Below, piece by piece: positions 29,454 to 40,249 of a stretch of 64,000 nucleotides of DNA. The position numbers and the translations under genes were made by a program. This DNA is from an uncultured Gammaproteobacteria bacterium (GTDB lineage Bacteria; Pseudomonadota; Gammaproteobacteria; JACCXJ01). Where the stretch lies: assembly GCA_963764725.1 (NCBI GenBank), contig CAVXTM010000016.1:128001-192000 (forward strand). Reading direction: 5' to 3'. The notes below the pieces were generated by a model that searched no databases, had not been told where the DNA came from, and was given only the letters and a program-made list of their open reading frames with translations. Positions within the stretch are counted from its first letter, which is position 1. Each line of letters starts with the position of its first letter.

Positions 29454-31265
29454 TTAGGGGACCTGCCGAGCTTCCTCGGGCCTATCCGATACCTCGACCC
29501 CGGGCAGGTCGCGACGGAGGATAAGCACGTAAACGACGTAGACGGTCACAGGTGTCGCGAGGATGAGCCCCCAGACACCGAAGAAGTATTGCGCAACAGG
29601 CAAGATCGCAATAATAAGTGCGGGGTGCAGTTCCATCATTCGACCGAGGATACGCGGGCTGAGGACAAGACTCTCCATTAGCAGGACGAACGCCATCGCG
29701 GCCGAGACCTTGAGGGCGAGGACCGGCCCCCCACCGGGCTGAAACAGGGCAAAGGCCGCGACCAGTACCCAGGCGATCACTGCCCCCAGCGTCGGAATGA
29801 GGCAAAGCACAAACACCGCGAGGCTCAGTATCGCTGTATGCTCGAGACCTAGGAATGTGAGGGCGAAAAACATCATCGTCGCGTTGCAGAGGGCGATGAT
29901 CCCTTGAGCCCGCATCGAGCGGCCGACGAGCGTGGCGAGACGCGCGAGGACCCCGGTGATCTCGTTAAAGGCGTCGCGTAACCACGTTTCCCGTATCCGC
30001 AGCATACCGCGTTTCAGTTCCGGGTAGTCGATGCAGATGAAGAAGCTCAGCAATAGCGCGGTACCGAGATCGATCGGTATATGGAGAAGAGCGGCGATCC
30101 ATTGTTCCAGCCAGACCGCCACATCGCTGCTGATGCTGATACCGGCTTCGATGCGGTGGCGTATAAACTGGGCGGCGGCGCTGGTATTCCACCATTCCTG
30201 AAACAGCTCATGCTGTTTCTCGGATCTGAAATCGGCTTCTAGGCGCACCTCGCCGTCCTCTTGCATCGATGGGCTTTGCGCCTGCAGGACCCGACTAAAG
30301 GCACGCCGCCCCTGGGGGCGCGCTTTTTGAAGCTCAAGGTACTGTTCGAAAGTATAGGGCAGGGAGTCCGGGGCTGCCCGACGCCGCTTCTCGTAGTATT
30401 CTCGGAATTGCTCCTGATAGGCCGGTGAGGCCTTCGCCGTTACCAGGTCCCGATCGAGCGTGTCCGTAATCCACTCTTGCTTCCATGCAGTCAACGTCGG
30501 AAGGTCTCGGCGGGCCTGTCGCAGCAATTCATCCGGCTTGGCGGAGGCAGCTAAGCGGACGAGCGAGGCCGATCCGCGTCCATCCTCCGGTAGGTGCTGC
30601 CGGGCCTGCGCCTGCAGCCGCGGCAGCTTCTCGGTGAGGAACCATTGCTCGAACTCGTGGCTCGAGGTCCCCTCGCGGGCCAGCCTATCGCGGATGCGGG
30701 CAGCTTCGGCATTGCCGAACTGCTGGTGGAATTCGTCCTCCACCCAGGCCTCCAAGGTCGGAAAGGCATCGTAGGCCTTCCCATAGCGTTCGTCACTCGC
30801 GCGAAACGCCTCCAAGCTACGTTGGTAGTCTGGGTCTCGTGGGTTTCTATACGCCTGTGCGAACAGGTAGGGGCCGACGAAGTGCTCGAGGACGCGTGCC
30901 ATCTCGCTCTCGGCGCTGGCACGGCTCAGCCAACCGGCTAAATGCTGTCCCTGTTCCAATAACCGTGGGGTGACTAGACTGCCCAGCTCTACCAGGACCA
31001 AAGGAATGACCACATAGACGGCCGCGGTCAGCAGGCGACGCAGCCAGGGGCGCTCTCGGCCCGGCGAAAACCATCTCATGCCCCAACGAACCACGGCCAG
31101 GGTGACAAAGCAGAACACCAAGGTCATAAGGCCCAAAACCAAGAAATCCCGCATGAGGTAGCAAAACACGAGGAACGGCGCCCATATGGCGGCTTTCCTG
31201 ATGAGCGGGGGCCAGCCCGGCCGATCCGGGGAGGGCGATGGCGGCGGACCATCGGTCGAGCTCAT
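29454..31265 (-). CDS. AI-2E family transporter with a large soluble insertion
   Basis: N-terminal TMs, then LLSFFICID, AQGIIALCN, LCLIPTLG, ESLVLSPRILG, LHPALII, FGVWGLILATP. Confidence 0.85.
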   Translation of the reverse strand: MSSTDGPPPSPSPDRPGWPPLIRKAAIWAPFLVFCYLMRDFLVLGLMTLVFCFVTLAVVRWGMRWFSPGRERPWLRRLLTAAVYVVIPLVLVELGSLVTPRLLEQGQHLAGWLSRASAESEMARVLEHFVGPYLFAQAYRNPRDPDYQRSLEAFRASDERYGKAYDAFPTLEAWVEDEFHQQFGNAEAARIRDRLAREGTSSHEFEQWFLTEKLPRLQAQARQHLPEDGRGSASLVRLAASAKPDELLRQARRDLPTLTAWKQEWITDTLDRDLVTAKASPAYQEQFREYYEKRRRAAPDSLPYTFEQYLELQKARPQGRRAFSRVLQAQSPSMQEDGEVRLEADFRSEKQHELFQEWWNTSAAAQFIRHRIEAGISISSDVAVWLEQWIAALLHIPIDLGTALLLSFFICIDYPELKRGMLRIRETWLRDAFNEITGVLARLATLVGRSMRAQGIIALCNATMMFFALTFLGLEHTAILSLAVFVLCLIPTLGAVIAWVLVAAFALFQPGGGPVLALKVSAAMAFVLLMESLVLSPRILGRMMELHPALIIAILPVAQYFFGVWGLILATPVTVYVVYVLILRRDLPGVEVSDRPEEARQVP

Positions 31266-31329
31266 GGTCTCTGCTGCACGGAAAAATCCAAACTGCGGGC
31301 CCGAGTCCCGACGATGCCGTCGAGGCGGC

Positions 31330-31878
31330 TTATCGCGAAGATCCACTCCCGCCGGGGTGGGAGCGGACCCGGCCAAGGACCCAATTCACGCCGATTATCG
31401 CGACGATCGCGACAGCCCCCAACACCAAGACTAACCACAGGTACTCCTGCACCTTGGCGACGACAAAGAGGGTCAGGGTCAGCAGCAAACCCACCACAAT
31501 GAAGAGTCGTTCGAGGTGGACGCCAGCCAGGTAGCACCCTAGGGCCAGCAGCAGCAAGGCGTTAAGACCGGCCGCTATATCCGTCTCTTCGCCGAGAGTG
31601 CGAAAAAGGAAGTCGAGCCCCAACGCGCCGCCTATTCCCAGCCAGTGGAATACCTGTCTTAGCACCAGTGACGGCCCCGCGCCCGCGCCAGGCACTGACC
31701 GGTACCAGGCAGTGGCGACACAGAGCAGACCGTAGATCGGCACCATCGAAATCCAATAGGTTGCCGAGATGCTGGAGTTCGCCATCGTCAAGCCGACACC
31801 GATGAGGGCTAGTAGTACCATGAACACAGCAGCCGCTGTCGCCACCTTCAAAGGTGTTGTCTTGCTAGTAGATCGCAT
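31330..31878 (-). CDS. Uncharacterised multi-pass membrane protein
   Basis: About six hydrophobic segments; RQVFHWLG, ALGCYLAGVH; upstream of AI-2E on the same strand. Confidence 0.7.
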   Translation of the reverse strand: MRSTSKTTPLKVATAAAVFMVLLALIGVGLTMANSSISATYWISMVPIYGLLCVATAWYRSVPGAGAGPSLVLRQVFHWLGIGGALGLDFLFRTLGEETDIAAGLNALLLLALGCYLAGVHLERLFIVVGLLLTLTLFVVAKVQEYLWLVLVLGAVAIVAIIGVNWVLGRVRSHPGGSGSSR

Positions 31879-31957
31879 CGGTAGCGTTAAATTCAATTGA
31901 ACCGTTCTAAGCTCCCGCTCGCGGGGTACATGAGCGGCGCACGCGCGAGCCTCCTAA

Positions 31958-32101
31958 GAGCTTGTGAAGAAATCGTCGCGAGCAAGTCCGCACGCGAGGC
32001 GCACGGCGCGCAGGAACCGCAGTGTATATGGAAATACATGAGGATTCCGAGCACCGCGCAACGATGCGGGCGGGCTGCGCAGTAGGTTTATTCACAAGCT
32101 C
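31958..32101. mobile_element. MITE-like element (144 bp) with GAGCTTGTGAA terminal inverted repeats
   Basis: gagcttgtgaagaaa ... tttattcacaagctc; flanked by TAA and TCA; no coding capacity. Confidence 0.8.
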
Positions 32102-32913
32102 TCAGGGAGCGGGCACCACACGGTAGTAGACGCCGTTCGCGCCGAAGGACGGCTGGAACCACGCGCTGCCGCACCGGTAGTAAGTCGCGCCACCGACGGT
32201 GGATGCGGTACAGCCGGCCGGCAGCGTCGGGTAGATCGCGTTCATCGCATACGTGCTGCCAGCGGCGTAGCCCGCGGAGTAGGCACTTGAAGTGGCGGCG
32301 CTGGTATTGGCCGAAGCCATGGCCGCGCCTGCGACCATGCCGACCGCGGCACCCGCGGCCGCGGCACCGCCAGTGGACCAGCCGCCGCAATTGTAGCATC
32401 CGCTTCCGTAGTAGTTCACGGTGGTGGGTGGATGATACCCGTAATAGGTTCCGCCGTAGTAGACCGGCTTGCCATAGACCGTCGTGCCATAGGCCGTCGT
32501 GCCGTAGCCCGTCGTGTGATAGGCCGTCGTGCCATAACTGTTAGTGGCGCTCCAGTGCCCGTCGCCGCCCGACGCACGTAGGCGCCGTGGCACCAGGCCG
32601 CGCCACCGACGCTGTCCGCCGTAGGCGCCAGTGCCACTCCAGGAGCCTTCCCCGCCGGACGCGTGTCCGCCCTAAGCGCCTTGGCGCTCCAGGAGCCCTC
32701 GCCGCCCGATGCGGTCCCACCGCGGGCGCCGTCGCCGCTCCAGGAGCCGCCGCCACCCGACGCGGTCCCGCCGAAGGCGCCGGTGTGGCTCCACGAGCCG
32801 CCGCCACCCGACGAGTGCCCGCCGTAGCGGTTGGCATGACCCCAGGCCGCGGCCGGCCCAGACGAGAGCGCCGTGATCAGAAGACCCGCGAAGCCAATGA
32901 TGATCGTTTTCAT
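32102..32913 (-). CDS. Secreted Gly/Ser/Trp-repeat protein with glycine-zipper helix and C-terminal DUF6515-like domain (frameshifts 32575-32680)
   Basis: MKTIIIG..AAA signal peptide, 17-aa TASGGxGSWSxxGAxGG repeats, Y-rich linker, AAAAGAAVGMVAG, YPTLPAGC..GATYYRCGSAWF..YRVVPAP. Confidence 0.75.
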
Positions 32914-32932
32914 GATGCGTACCTCTTCACTT

Positions 32933-33820
32933 TCACTGGGTTTTGGATGGTGTGCCCTTGACCGGGGGCGTGCCCGTCGTCGGAGGCTCGAGGCCCGGCG
33001 GCAGCTTCGGGTCAGGGCGAGCGAACTGGATGCGCGTCGCCTTGCCCGCGCTCGCCGGCGCGAAGGCGTCCGCCGGGACGGCAAGATTGAGTTGCCAGTT
33101 GGACAGCTCCAGTTGGTGGCGCAGTTGTGACGGATCGTTGCGGTACACCGCCCGGACCATCCGCGGGAGCTTGTCCTCAGCGCCGATCCAGATCTGCACG
33201 AACACGTCGCCGTTGGCATACGCTACCATGTCCGTCGTCGTGCCGCCGACCACGCGGGACTGGCCGATGTAGAAGGCGAGCTTCAACCCATCGGCGATAT
33301 CTTGGTAGGGATTGGCGACGATGACGTCGCTGAAGGGGAAGTAGATCGCGGCGGAGTCGTAGGCCGCCTTCAGCGCGGCGTCGATCGTAGGCGGGGCCTC
33401 GGCGACGGCGACAAGGTTCTCGGCCGGCTCGAACGCCATCATCGTCTTGCCGTCGTAGTAGAACTCGGAGGCGGGGCCGTCGCCGCACGTGATCACCCGC
33501 AGCTTGTCGGGCCGCTGCAGGGTGACCTCGGATTTCGTCGTATAGATGAGGGGCGGACCGAGGCGACTCGGGCTCTCGTAGGAGACCACCGCCGTGAACG
33601 CCATCGATTTGGCGGCGGCCAGGCGGCTGCTCGCGGCCTTCAGGAGGCCGATCGCCTTGGGCTCGAGCGTAAAGGCGACCGCGGGCACCGCTGCCTCGCT
33701 CGGAGCCTTGGCAGCCTGCGGTGCGCGCTTCACGTCTTGAGCTTCCACGTCCGCGGCGCCGAGGAACACACCCACCGCGGCTAGCACCACCCAGCCAAGA
33801 AACTTATCCCGGACCATCAT
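32933..33820 (-). CDS. DUF2092 periplasmic protein (second paralogue)
   Basis: GGGAGG RBS, signal peptide, AIGLLKAASSRLAAAK, LQRPDKLRV, YYDGKTM, VQIWIGAEDKLPR, LSNWQ. Confidence 0.88.
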   Translation of the reverse strand: MMVRDKFLGWVVLAAVGVFLGAADVEAQDVKRAPQAAKAPSEAAVPAVAFTLEPKAIGLLKAASSRLAAAKSMAFTAVVSYESPSRLGPPLIYTTKSEVTLQRPDKLRVITCGDGPASEFYYDGKTMMAFEPAENLVAVAEAPPTIDAALKAAYDSAAIYFPFSDVIVANPYQDIADGLKLAFYIGQSRVVGGTTTDMVAYANGDVFVQIWIGAEDKLPRMVRAVYRNDPSQLRHQLELSNWQLNLAVPADAFAPASAGKATRIQFARPDPKLPPGLEPPTTGTPPVKGTPSKTQ

Positions 33821-33898
33821 GCCTCCCTGGGAGCCGCAAACAAGTAAAAAATGTTTCATCGTAACTTTCTCTTTATCTCAATGGCATTACGTGAAGAT

Positions 33899-33983
33899 GT
33901 CATTGCGAACAACCCACAGGAGCGAAGCAATCTCTGCATCGCAGAGCAATTGCTTCGTCGCTCACCCACCGGTGCGCAATGAC
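33899..33983. repeat. CGTC-class palindromic repeat (GTCATTGCG..GAAGCAAT..ATTGCTTC..CGCAATGAC)
   Basis: Terminal gtcattgcg/cgcaatgac and internal cgaagcaat/attgcttcg inverted repeats. Confidence 0.8.
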
Positions 33984-34141
33984 CGGCTATTCCCTAACTT
34001 CAGGTTTATCGATCCCCGGCTGAGTCGTACGGTCAGCAGAGCGTACCATAAAAGCTGTCCAGCGGCCTTAACCATCGACCTAGAAAATCCTTAAAATCAA
34101 ATTGATTTCGCGCGGTGTTGCATTTATGGGTTGAATTCGCC

Positions 34142-34389
34142 TCACATAGATTTCTTCATTTTCTTTAATTCCTGTAATGCCTGGGCGCAACCGACCGTTA
34201 GTTCTTCCTTTTGTGCCATCAGGCACGCCTTGATCTGACCGCCACCCGGTGGCACGTTTGGGCAGAGCCTCTCTATGTCGGGCTTACAATAGGTCTTGAG
34301 CGCTTGAATTTCCGCTCTAGCCCTCCCGCGAATGTGGACATGGTAGCAGATACCAAGAGTAATAGAATTGTCGTACGATTAATCATCAT
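34142..34389 (-). CDS. Small exported cysteine-rich repeat protein (1-bp frameshift; missed by the ORF track)
   Basis: AGGAGA RBS; MMINRTTILLLLVSATMSTFAG then (-1 nt in a G-run) ARAEIQALKTYCKPDIERLCPNVPPGGGQIKACLMAQKEELTVGCAQAL. Confidence 0.75.
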
Positions 34390-34413
34390 TGTAGTCTCCT
34401 CAAATGGTTGTGG

Positions 34414-35022
34414 TTAGTTGTGGTTCTCTCCGTTTGTTTCTGTAGAGAGCGCGGGTGATTTCATGGCGTTGGTTTCTCTGCGTTTCACTTCATTCCTCTC
34501 GCTGGTGAATTCGCGGGCCGCTCCCAGTAAGCGAAGCAGCCCGCGTGGTTCACAATCGAATTTTCGCAAGCTACTGTTCATCGTCGCATTCAGGGAACTG
34601 CGGCGCAGGCACGCGACACACCAGACAGTCATCGCGGCGTGGACAACCACCGCCGGCCACAAGGCGATGCCGACTGGCTGCGACCGTATGCCGGCAGCCC
34701 CGAGGATGACCACCGCGCCGAGGTTATACAGCACCATTGCGGTGACCAACCCTCTCGCGGCGCAACTCTGCACGTCATACCGTGCGAGCCAGCAGGCGAC
34801 GCCCAGCGCGAACAGCGCCGCGCCGGCCACACGGCCGAGGGGGATGGCCGCGCCGGAGATCGGCGAGCAGCAGTTGGACGACAAAGGCGGGCACGGCGAT
34901 CAAGGCGAGGGGGGGGAGATTTCGGCACCGAGCAGCAGTTGGACGACAAAGGCGGGCACGGCGATCAAGGCCAGTCCCGTGGGCGCTTCGATGATGGCGG
35001 TGAGAGTGAGCAAAGGTTTCAT
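34414..35022 (-). CDS. Small membrane protein, broken by a ~65-bp duplication
   Basis: MKPLLTLTAIIEAPTGLALIAVP...GRVAGAALFALGVACW...YNLGAVVIL...LWPAVVVH; 43-bp exact repeat at 34864-34906 and 34929-34971. Confidence 0.65.
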
Positions 35023-35085
35023 GGCGTTTACGGTGAAAGGCAGGCGGCCCTTTCGGACCGCCTGCCTCGCCGATAACTCGTGGGA

Positions 35086-37706
35086 TTAGTTCGTCGCTTT
35101 CTTGATGGCTTCGGCAGCGACCGGCTTATCCGCTGCCGCCGCCGCCATCTGCGACGGGCCGAGCTTGACGGTCAGCTTGTCGATGGTCCCGGTGAAGCGG
35201 AACGGCAGCTCGTAGCTGTCGTCCACCCCCGTGCGGGTATCGCTCCCAATGTCGAAGGTCTCGTCGATGGACATGAGCAACGGAATCGAGTGCGGGATCG
35301 TCTGGCGCGCCAATTCCTTGCCATCAACCGTAAACACGCCGGTGCCGCCCTTGCCTGGTCCGGGCCCGTCGTATTTGAAGTCGAAGACGAGCGTGTGCTT
35401 GCCGGCTTTGAGCTCACGGGCAAACAAGTCAGGAGATGACCACGCACCTCCAGCGGTAGCGTTTTAAAGATTGGTCGCCGACGATGCCACCCACGCCACC
35501 CTCCCAGCGGTAGCGTTTTAGATCGAGGAGATTGTAAACGAAGACCGGTTTGCCTTTTTGCAGGAAAAGACCATAGCCGCCGAAGCGGCCGCCCAGAGTC
35601 ACGATCATGCCCTCCGCGCCACCTTCGGGAACGGTGATCCCGGCGGTGATCGTGTAGTCCTTGTCCAAAATATCGGGCGCATTGCCGACCGGAATGCCGG
35701 TATTCTCACCCGTATAGGTGAAGACAGTTTGCCCGGCGACCGCGCTGGGTCGCGGCGTCAGCAAGCGCACGAAGCCTGAGTTATCCAGGGGGAAGACTTG
35801 GTATTTCGCCGCCTCCGTCAGGAACAAGGCCTGCAGTTCCTTGAGCTTGGCGGGATTCTTGGCGGCGAGGTCGTTGTATTGCGAATAGTCTTCGCTGAGG
35901 TTGTAGAGTTCCCATTTGTAGTCAGGGATCGCGGGCATCTTGGCCGTGCCCAGGGTCCAGGGCGGGGCGGGCGGCGTGGTGGAGGCATCCATCCGTCAGT
36001 GGAGGCAATCCATCCGTCGTGGTAGAGCCCGCGGTTGCCAACCATCTCGAAATACTGCGTCTTGCGCGTGGAGGGCTTGCTGGCATTAGCCTGGTCAAAG
36101 GTGTAGGCCATGCTCACGCCTTCGATGGGCTTTTGCGTAATGCCGTTGACCGTGACCGGCGTCTTGATACCCGTGGCTTCAAGGATCGTCGGTACGATAT
36201 CAATGACATGGTGGAACTGGGTGCGAATGCCGCCCACGTCCTTGATGTGGCCGGGCCACGAAATGGCCAAGCCCTGCCGAGTTCCGCCGAAATGCGACGC
36301 CACCTGCTTGGTCCACTTGAAGGGCGTATCAAACGCCCACGCCCATTCCACCGCCATACCCGGGTAGGTCTTGGCCGAGCCCCAGTCTTCATAATGCAAC
36401 ATCTGCTCGACCTCGGGGAGGCTCATAATGCCGTTGTAGGCGGTGAGCTGATTTGGCGTGCCGGACAGGGTGCCTTCGGCGCTGGTACCGTTGTCGCCGC
36501 AGATGTAGATGATGAGCGTGTGTCGAGTTTGCCATGTCCTCGACCGCCTGGATGACCCGGCATTGTCGAGTTTGCCCATGTCCTCGACCGCCTGGATGAC
36601 CCGGCCGATCTCATAGTCGGTATAGGCGGCGTAACCGGCAAAGACCTCCGCCTGGCGCGCATAGAGTTTCTTTTGGATCATGGAAAGCGTCTCCCACTTC
36701 GGCAGGTCATCCGGCCACGGGGTGAGCTGGGTGTTCTCCGGGATCACGCCGAGCCGTTTCTGGTTAGCGAAGATCACCTCGCGCAGCTTTTCATAACCCA
36801 TGTCGAACTTGCCTTCGAACTTCTCGACCCATTCCTTCTTCGGCTGGTGCGGCGTGTGGGTGCCGCCGGGCACGTAATAGACGAAGAACGGCTGGTTTGG
36901 TGCGGCCGCGTTCAGGCTGCTCATGTACTTGATGGCTTCGTCCGCCATGTCGGTGGTTAGGTTGTAGCTGGGGTTGCCGACCCACGGAAAGATCTGGGTA
37001 TGATCGCGGAACAGGTAGGGCGTCCACTGGTCGGTCTCGCCACCCATGTAACCGTAGAAATACTCGAAACCCAGCCCCGACGGCCATTGGTCGAAGGGGC
37101 CGGCGATGCTGTATTGAAAGCCCGGCGTGTTGTGATTCTTGCCAAACCACGAGGTGGCAAAACCATTGTCCCGGAGAATCGTGCCGACGGTGGCGTGCTC
37201 CACACCGATGACGGAATCGTAGCCTGGGTAACCCGTGGACAGTTCGCCGATCACGCCGAAGCCCACCGCGTGATGGTTGCGGCCGGTGATCAGCGCCGCC
37301 CGCGTGGGCGAGCAGAGCGCGGTGGAGTGGAAGTGCGTGTAACGCAGTCCTGCCTTGGCGACGCGATCCAACGCGGGCGTCGGGATGACACCGCCGAAGG
37401 TGCCCGAAACGCCGTAGCCCTGGTCGTCGGTCATGATGAGCAGCACGTTCGGTGCGCCTTTGGGCGGCACGACGCGCGCCGGCCAATACGGCTTGGAATC
37501 CGCGGCGGTTTCCTTGATCACGCCGCCGAACGGCAGCGGTGGCGGTGGGATTTGTTTCCCGTCAATTGTGACGGTGGTGGTGGGCGAACCCGGCGTGCCG
37601 GTGATCTCCGGCTGCGCGCTGCGGCCGGCGCAACGGCCAGCGCGGCAGCGATTAGAAATGCCGCGACTTCCGCGACGCCTGCAAAGATACTGGTATGCAT
37701 TTTCAT
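35086..37706 (-). CDS. Arylsulfatase (Cys/formylglycine-dependent, AtsA-like, with C-terminal LamG-like domain); several frameshifts and micro-duplications
   Basis: PNVLLIMTDDQG, HSTALCSPTRAALITGRNHH, GKNHNTP, GDNG, TQYFEMVGNRGLY, C-terminal IDETFDIGSDT..PFRFTG; pieces 37518-37835, 35818-37521, 35429-35992, 35086-35427. Confidence 0.92.
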
Positions 37707-38029
37707 CCGCAGCTCCTGTCTCCCCAACAGGTTGGCAAAACGTCCGACGCGCTTATTGTCGCATGGACCGATCGGTGTCACGCAGGGTGCGCCGGTCCCG
37801 GATTTCGTGCCGTGAAATCCACGGCAAGGCACCACCGCGCAAGCACCTTCACTGCGGCCTCGCGGGATTAGTTAGTCAAAAGGATAAGGAAATCCAGTGG
37901 GGCTTGCAACAGGTCCTGTTGCGTCGGACGGGCCGGTCGGTGGTTGGTCTCGCTTGCTCACATTGCCCGTGGGCAACTAGAATCCGGCGCGTGAGTCCCA
38001 CTACGGTTGGAGCGATCCACTGGCTGTCT

Positions 38030-38150
38030 TCCCAGTCGCATGTCGATGGTCACGAGGAACGGGATGGTGCGCGGGATCGTCTTGATGGCGACCTGCCTGC
38101 CGTAAACCGGCAGTACGCCGGCGCCACCCTTGCCGAAGCCGGGGACCGTC
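38030..38150 (-). pseudogene. Degenerate fragment of an arylsulfatase C-terminal domain
   Basis: PGFGKGGAGVLPVYGRQVAIKTIPRTIPFLVTID versus GPGKGGTGVFTVDGKELARQTIPHSIPLLMSID in the adjacent sulfatase. Confidence 0.7.
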
Positions 38151-38273
38151 GTCGAGGCCGTCAGGCTGAGGAGTACAGGCCGAGCAGAATCGTAAGCCGC
38201 CCCTGGCACCATCCAACGTGTCTCATGGCATCTCTCCTTCCCACGATCCGGCCGAGGCGCGGCGGCACGGTTA

Positions 38274-38627
38274 CTACTGCCCCTGGAACCGGTCGCCGGT
38301 GTGGGCCGCAAAGCAGGTTTCCGTGCCCACCTGGCAGAGGACGACGTACGTCTTGCGCTGGTCGCAGCCGGCCACGCCGACCGTGTATTCCACGCGCTCC
38401 AGGCCGCCCACCATCCACGGCCCCGCACCCTGCAAGGCAGGCTGGATGAAATCACTCGAGAGGACCGTCGCCGTCGCGGCCGGGCAGTTGAGCTCGAACC
38501 GTCCACGTTCCAGGGCCGTCTGGACCGCTCCACCCTGCTTTTGGGTAAGCAACTGGCTCTCGGTGGCGCAGCCCGTCGTGGCCGCCACGAGAACGAAAAG
38601 CGAGAAGACTGTGGATTGTCTGGTCAT
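38274..38627 (-). CDS. Small cysteine-containing lipoprotein of unknown function
   Basis: TTGC lipobox, RGRFELNCP, EYTVGVAGC..YVVLC..C. Confidence 0.75.
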   Translation of the reverse strand: MTRQSTVFSLFVLVAATTGCATESQLLTQKQGGAVQTALERGRFELNCPAATATVLSSDFIQPALQGAGPWMVGGLERVEYTVGVAGCDQRKTYVVLCQVGTETCFAAHTGDRFQGQ

Positions 38628-38826
38628 GTGTCAGTCCCTCCGTCGGTCGTTGAGCCTACCTTACAAGGATAGGAAGTTCAACGCAGTTTTGCAACCGGTA
38701 CTGCTGGAAGCTGCAGCATCACCATCAGCCGCGCGCCGTCGCCGGCGCCGGTGCACTTAACTTCGCGCCTTGGACCCATGACGGGCCCTCAAGAGTCCCC
38801 CGATTCCAGGCTGAGGACTCGCATGC

Positions 38827-38855
38827 TTGACAACTCACTGGTTCATCAGTACAAA
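38827..38855 (+). promoter_or_regulatory. Candidate sigma70 promoter upstream of brnT
   Basis: TTGACA-17 nt-TACAAA. Confidence 0.4.
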
Positions 38856-38985
38856 GCGCGTTCAGTCATTTTATACTGGACGCATCGAGCAAGCTTTCTC
38901 GGCGTGCCCGCGACAGGGGCGGCGCGCCAGCGCGTGTGGGGTATGGTCATCGACCGGCTCGGCTGGTTTGGATAGGCGCCTTTAG

Positions 38986-39481
<496 letters not shown>

Positions 39482-39511
39482 AGCTACTCGCACGACAGGG
39501 CAGCCAATCGA

Positions 39512-40190
39512 ATGCCAGACCCCGCATCAGCTCCGCCGGTGATCCAGTTCGTCGAACTTTTTCTCGGCGCGTTCGCGGCCATCTTCCCGATGGTCAATCC
39601 GTTCAGCACCATGCCGCTGTTCCTGAGCCTCACCTCCGGCATGTCCGCTCCCAAGAAACGGGATCAGGCGCTCAAGGCATCGATAATCGCCGCCGTCATC
39701 ATGCTGGTCGTGCTGTACATCGGTGCGGTGATCCTGCATTTCTTCGGGATTTCGATTGGGGCGTTGCGTGTCGCCGGGGGATTGATCGTGGCCTACATCG
39801 GGTTCCACATGCTGTTCCCCAGCGCGACCCCGACTCCGGCGCGGAGCACCCGACAGCAAGAAGGACGATTTGGAGCCGGATTTCGCATTCATGCCGCTGG
39901 CATTCCCCAGCCTCACAGGCGCCGGGACGATGGCGGTCGTCATGAGCATGACAACCCACGCCGGCGCGCTGCCGGATATTACGCACCGACTCTTGTCGTA
40001 TGCGGCGGTCAGCCTTTCGATTCTGTTGGTCGCGCTAGTGGCCTGGCTGGTGCTGCGGACCTCCACCAAGCTCCTGCACCTGCTGGGACCGCGCGCGCTC
40101 GATGCCATGAATCAAATCATGGGATTGCTGCTGGTGTGCATCGGGATACAGTTCGTCGCGACGGGGATCAGGAATTTCGTTTCGGAATAA
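39512..40190 (+). CDS. marC: MarC family inner membrane protein, frameshift near 39850
   Basis: FPMVNPFSTMPLFLSLT, FFGISIGALRVAGG, PLAFPSLTGAGTM, IMGLLLVCIGIQF. Confidence 0.88.
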
Positions 40191-40249
40191 GTCGCCGGCA
40201 AACAAAGTCTCCAAGGGCATGCAATCGAGGAGCGTGTAGGGATCGCGCC

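Noticed and set aside
34855-36605. Cluster of short tandem duplications (34864/34929, 35440/35491, 35980/36000, 36522/36565) as a diversification mechanism
   Set aside because: In each pair one copy is a homopolymer-shortened version of the other (gccatg/gcccatg, gcatcc/gcaatcc, cacctcc/caccctccc), the signature of read stutter or polishing artefacts.
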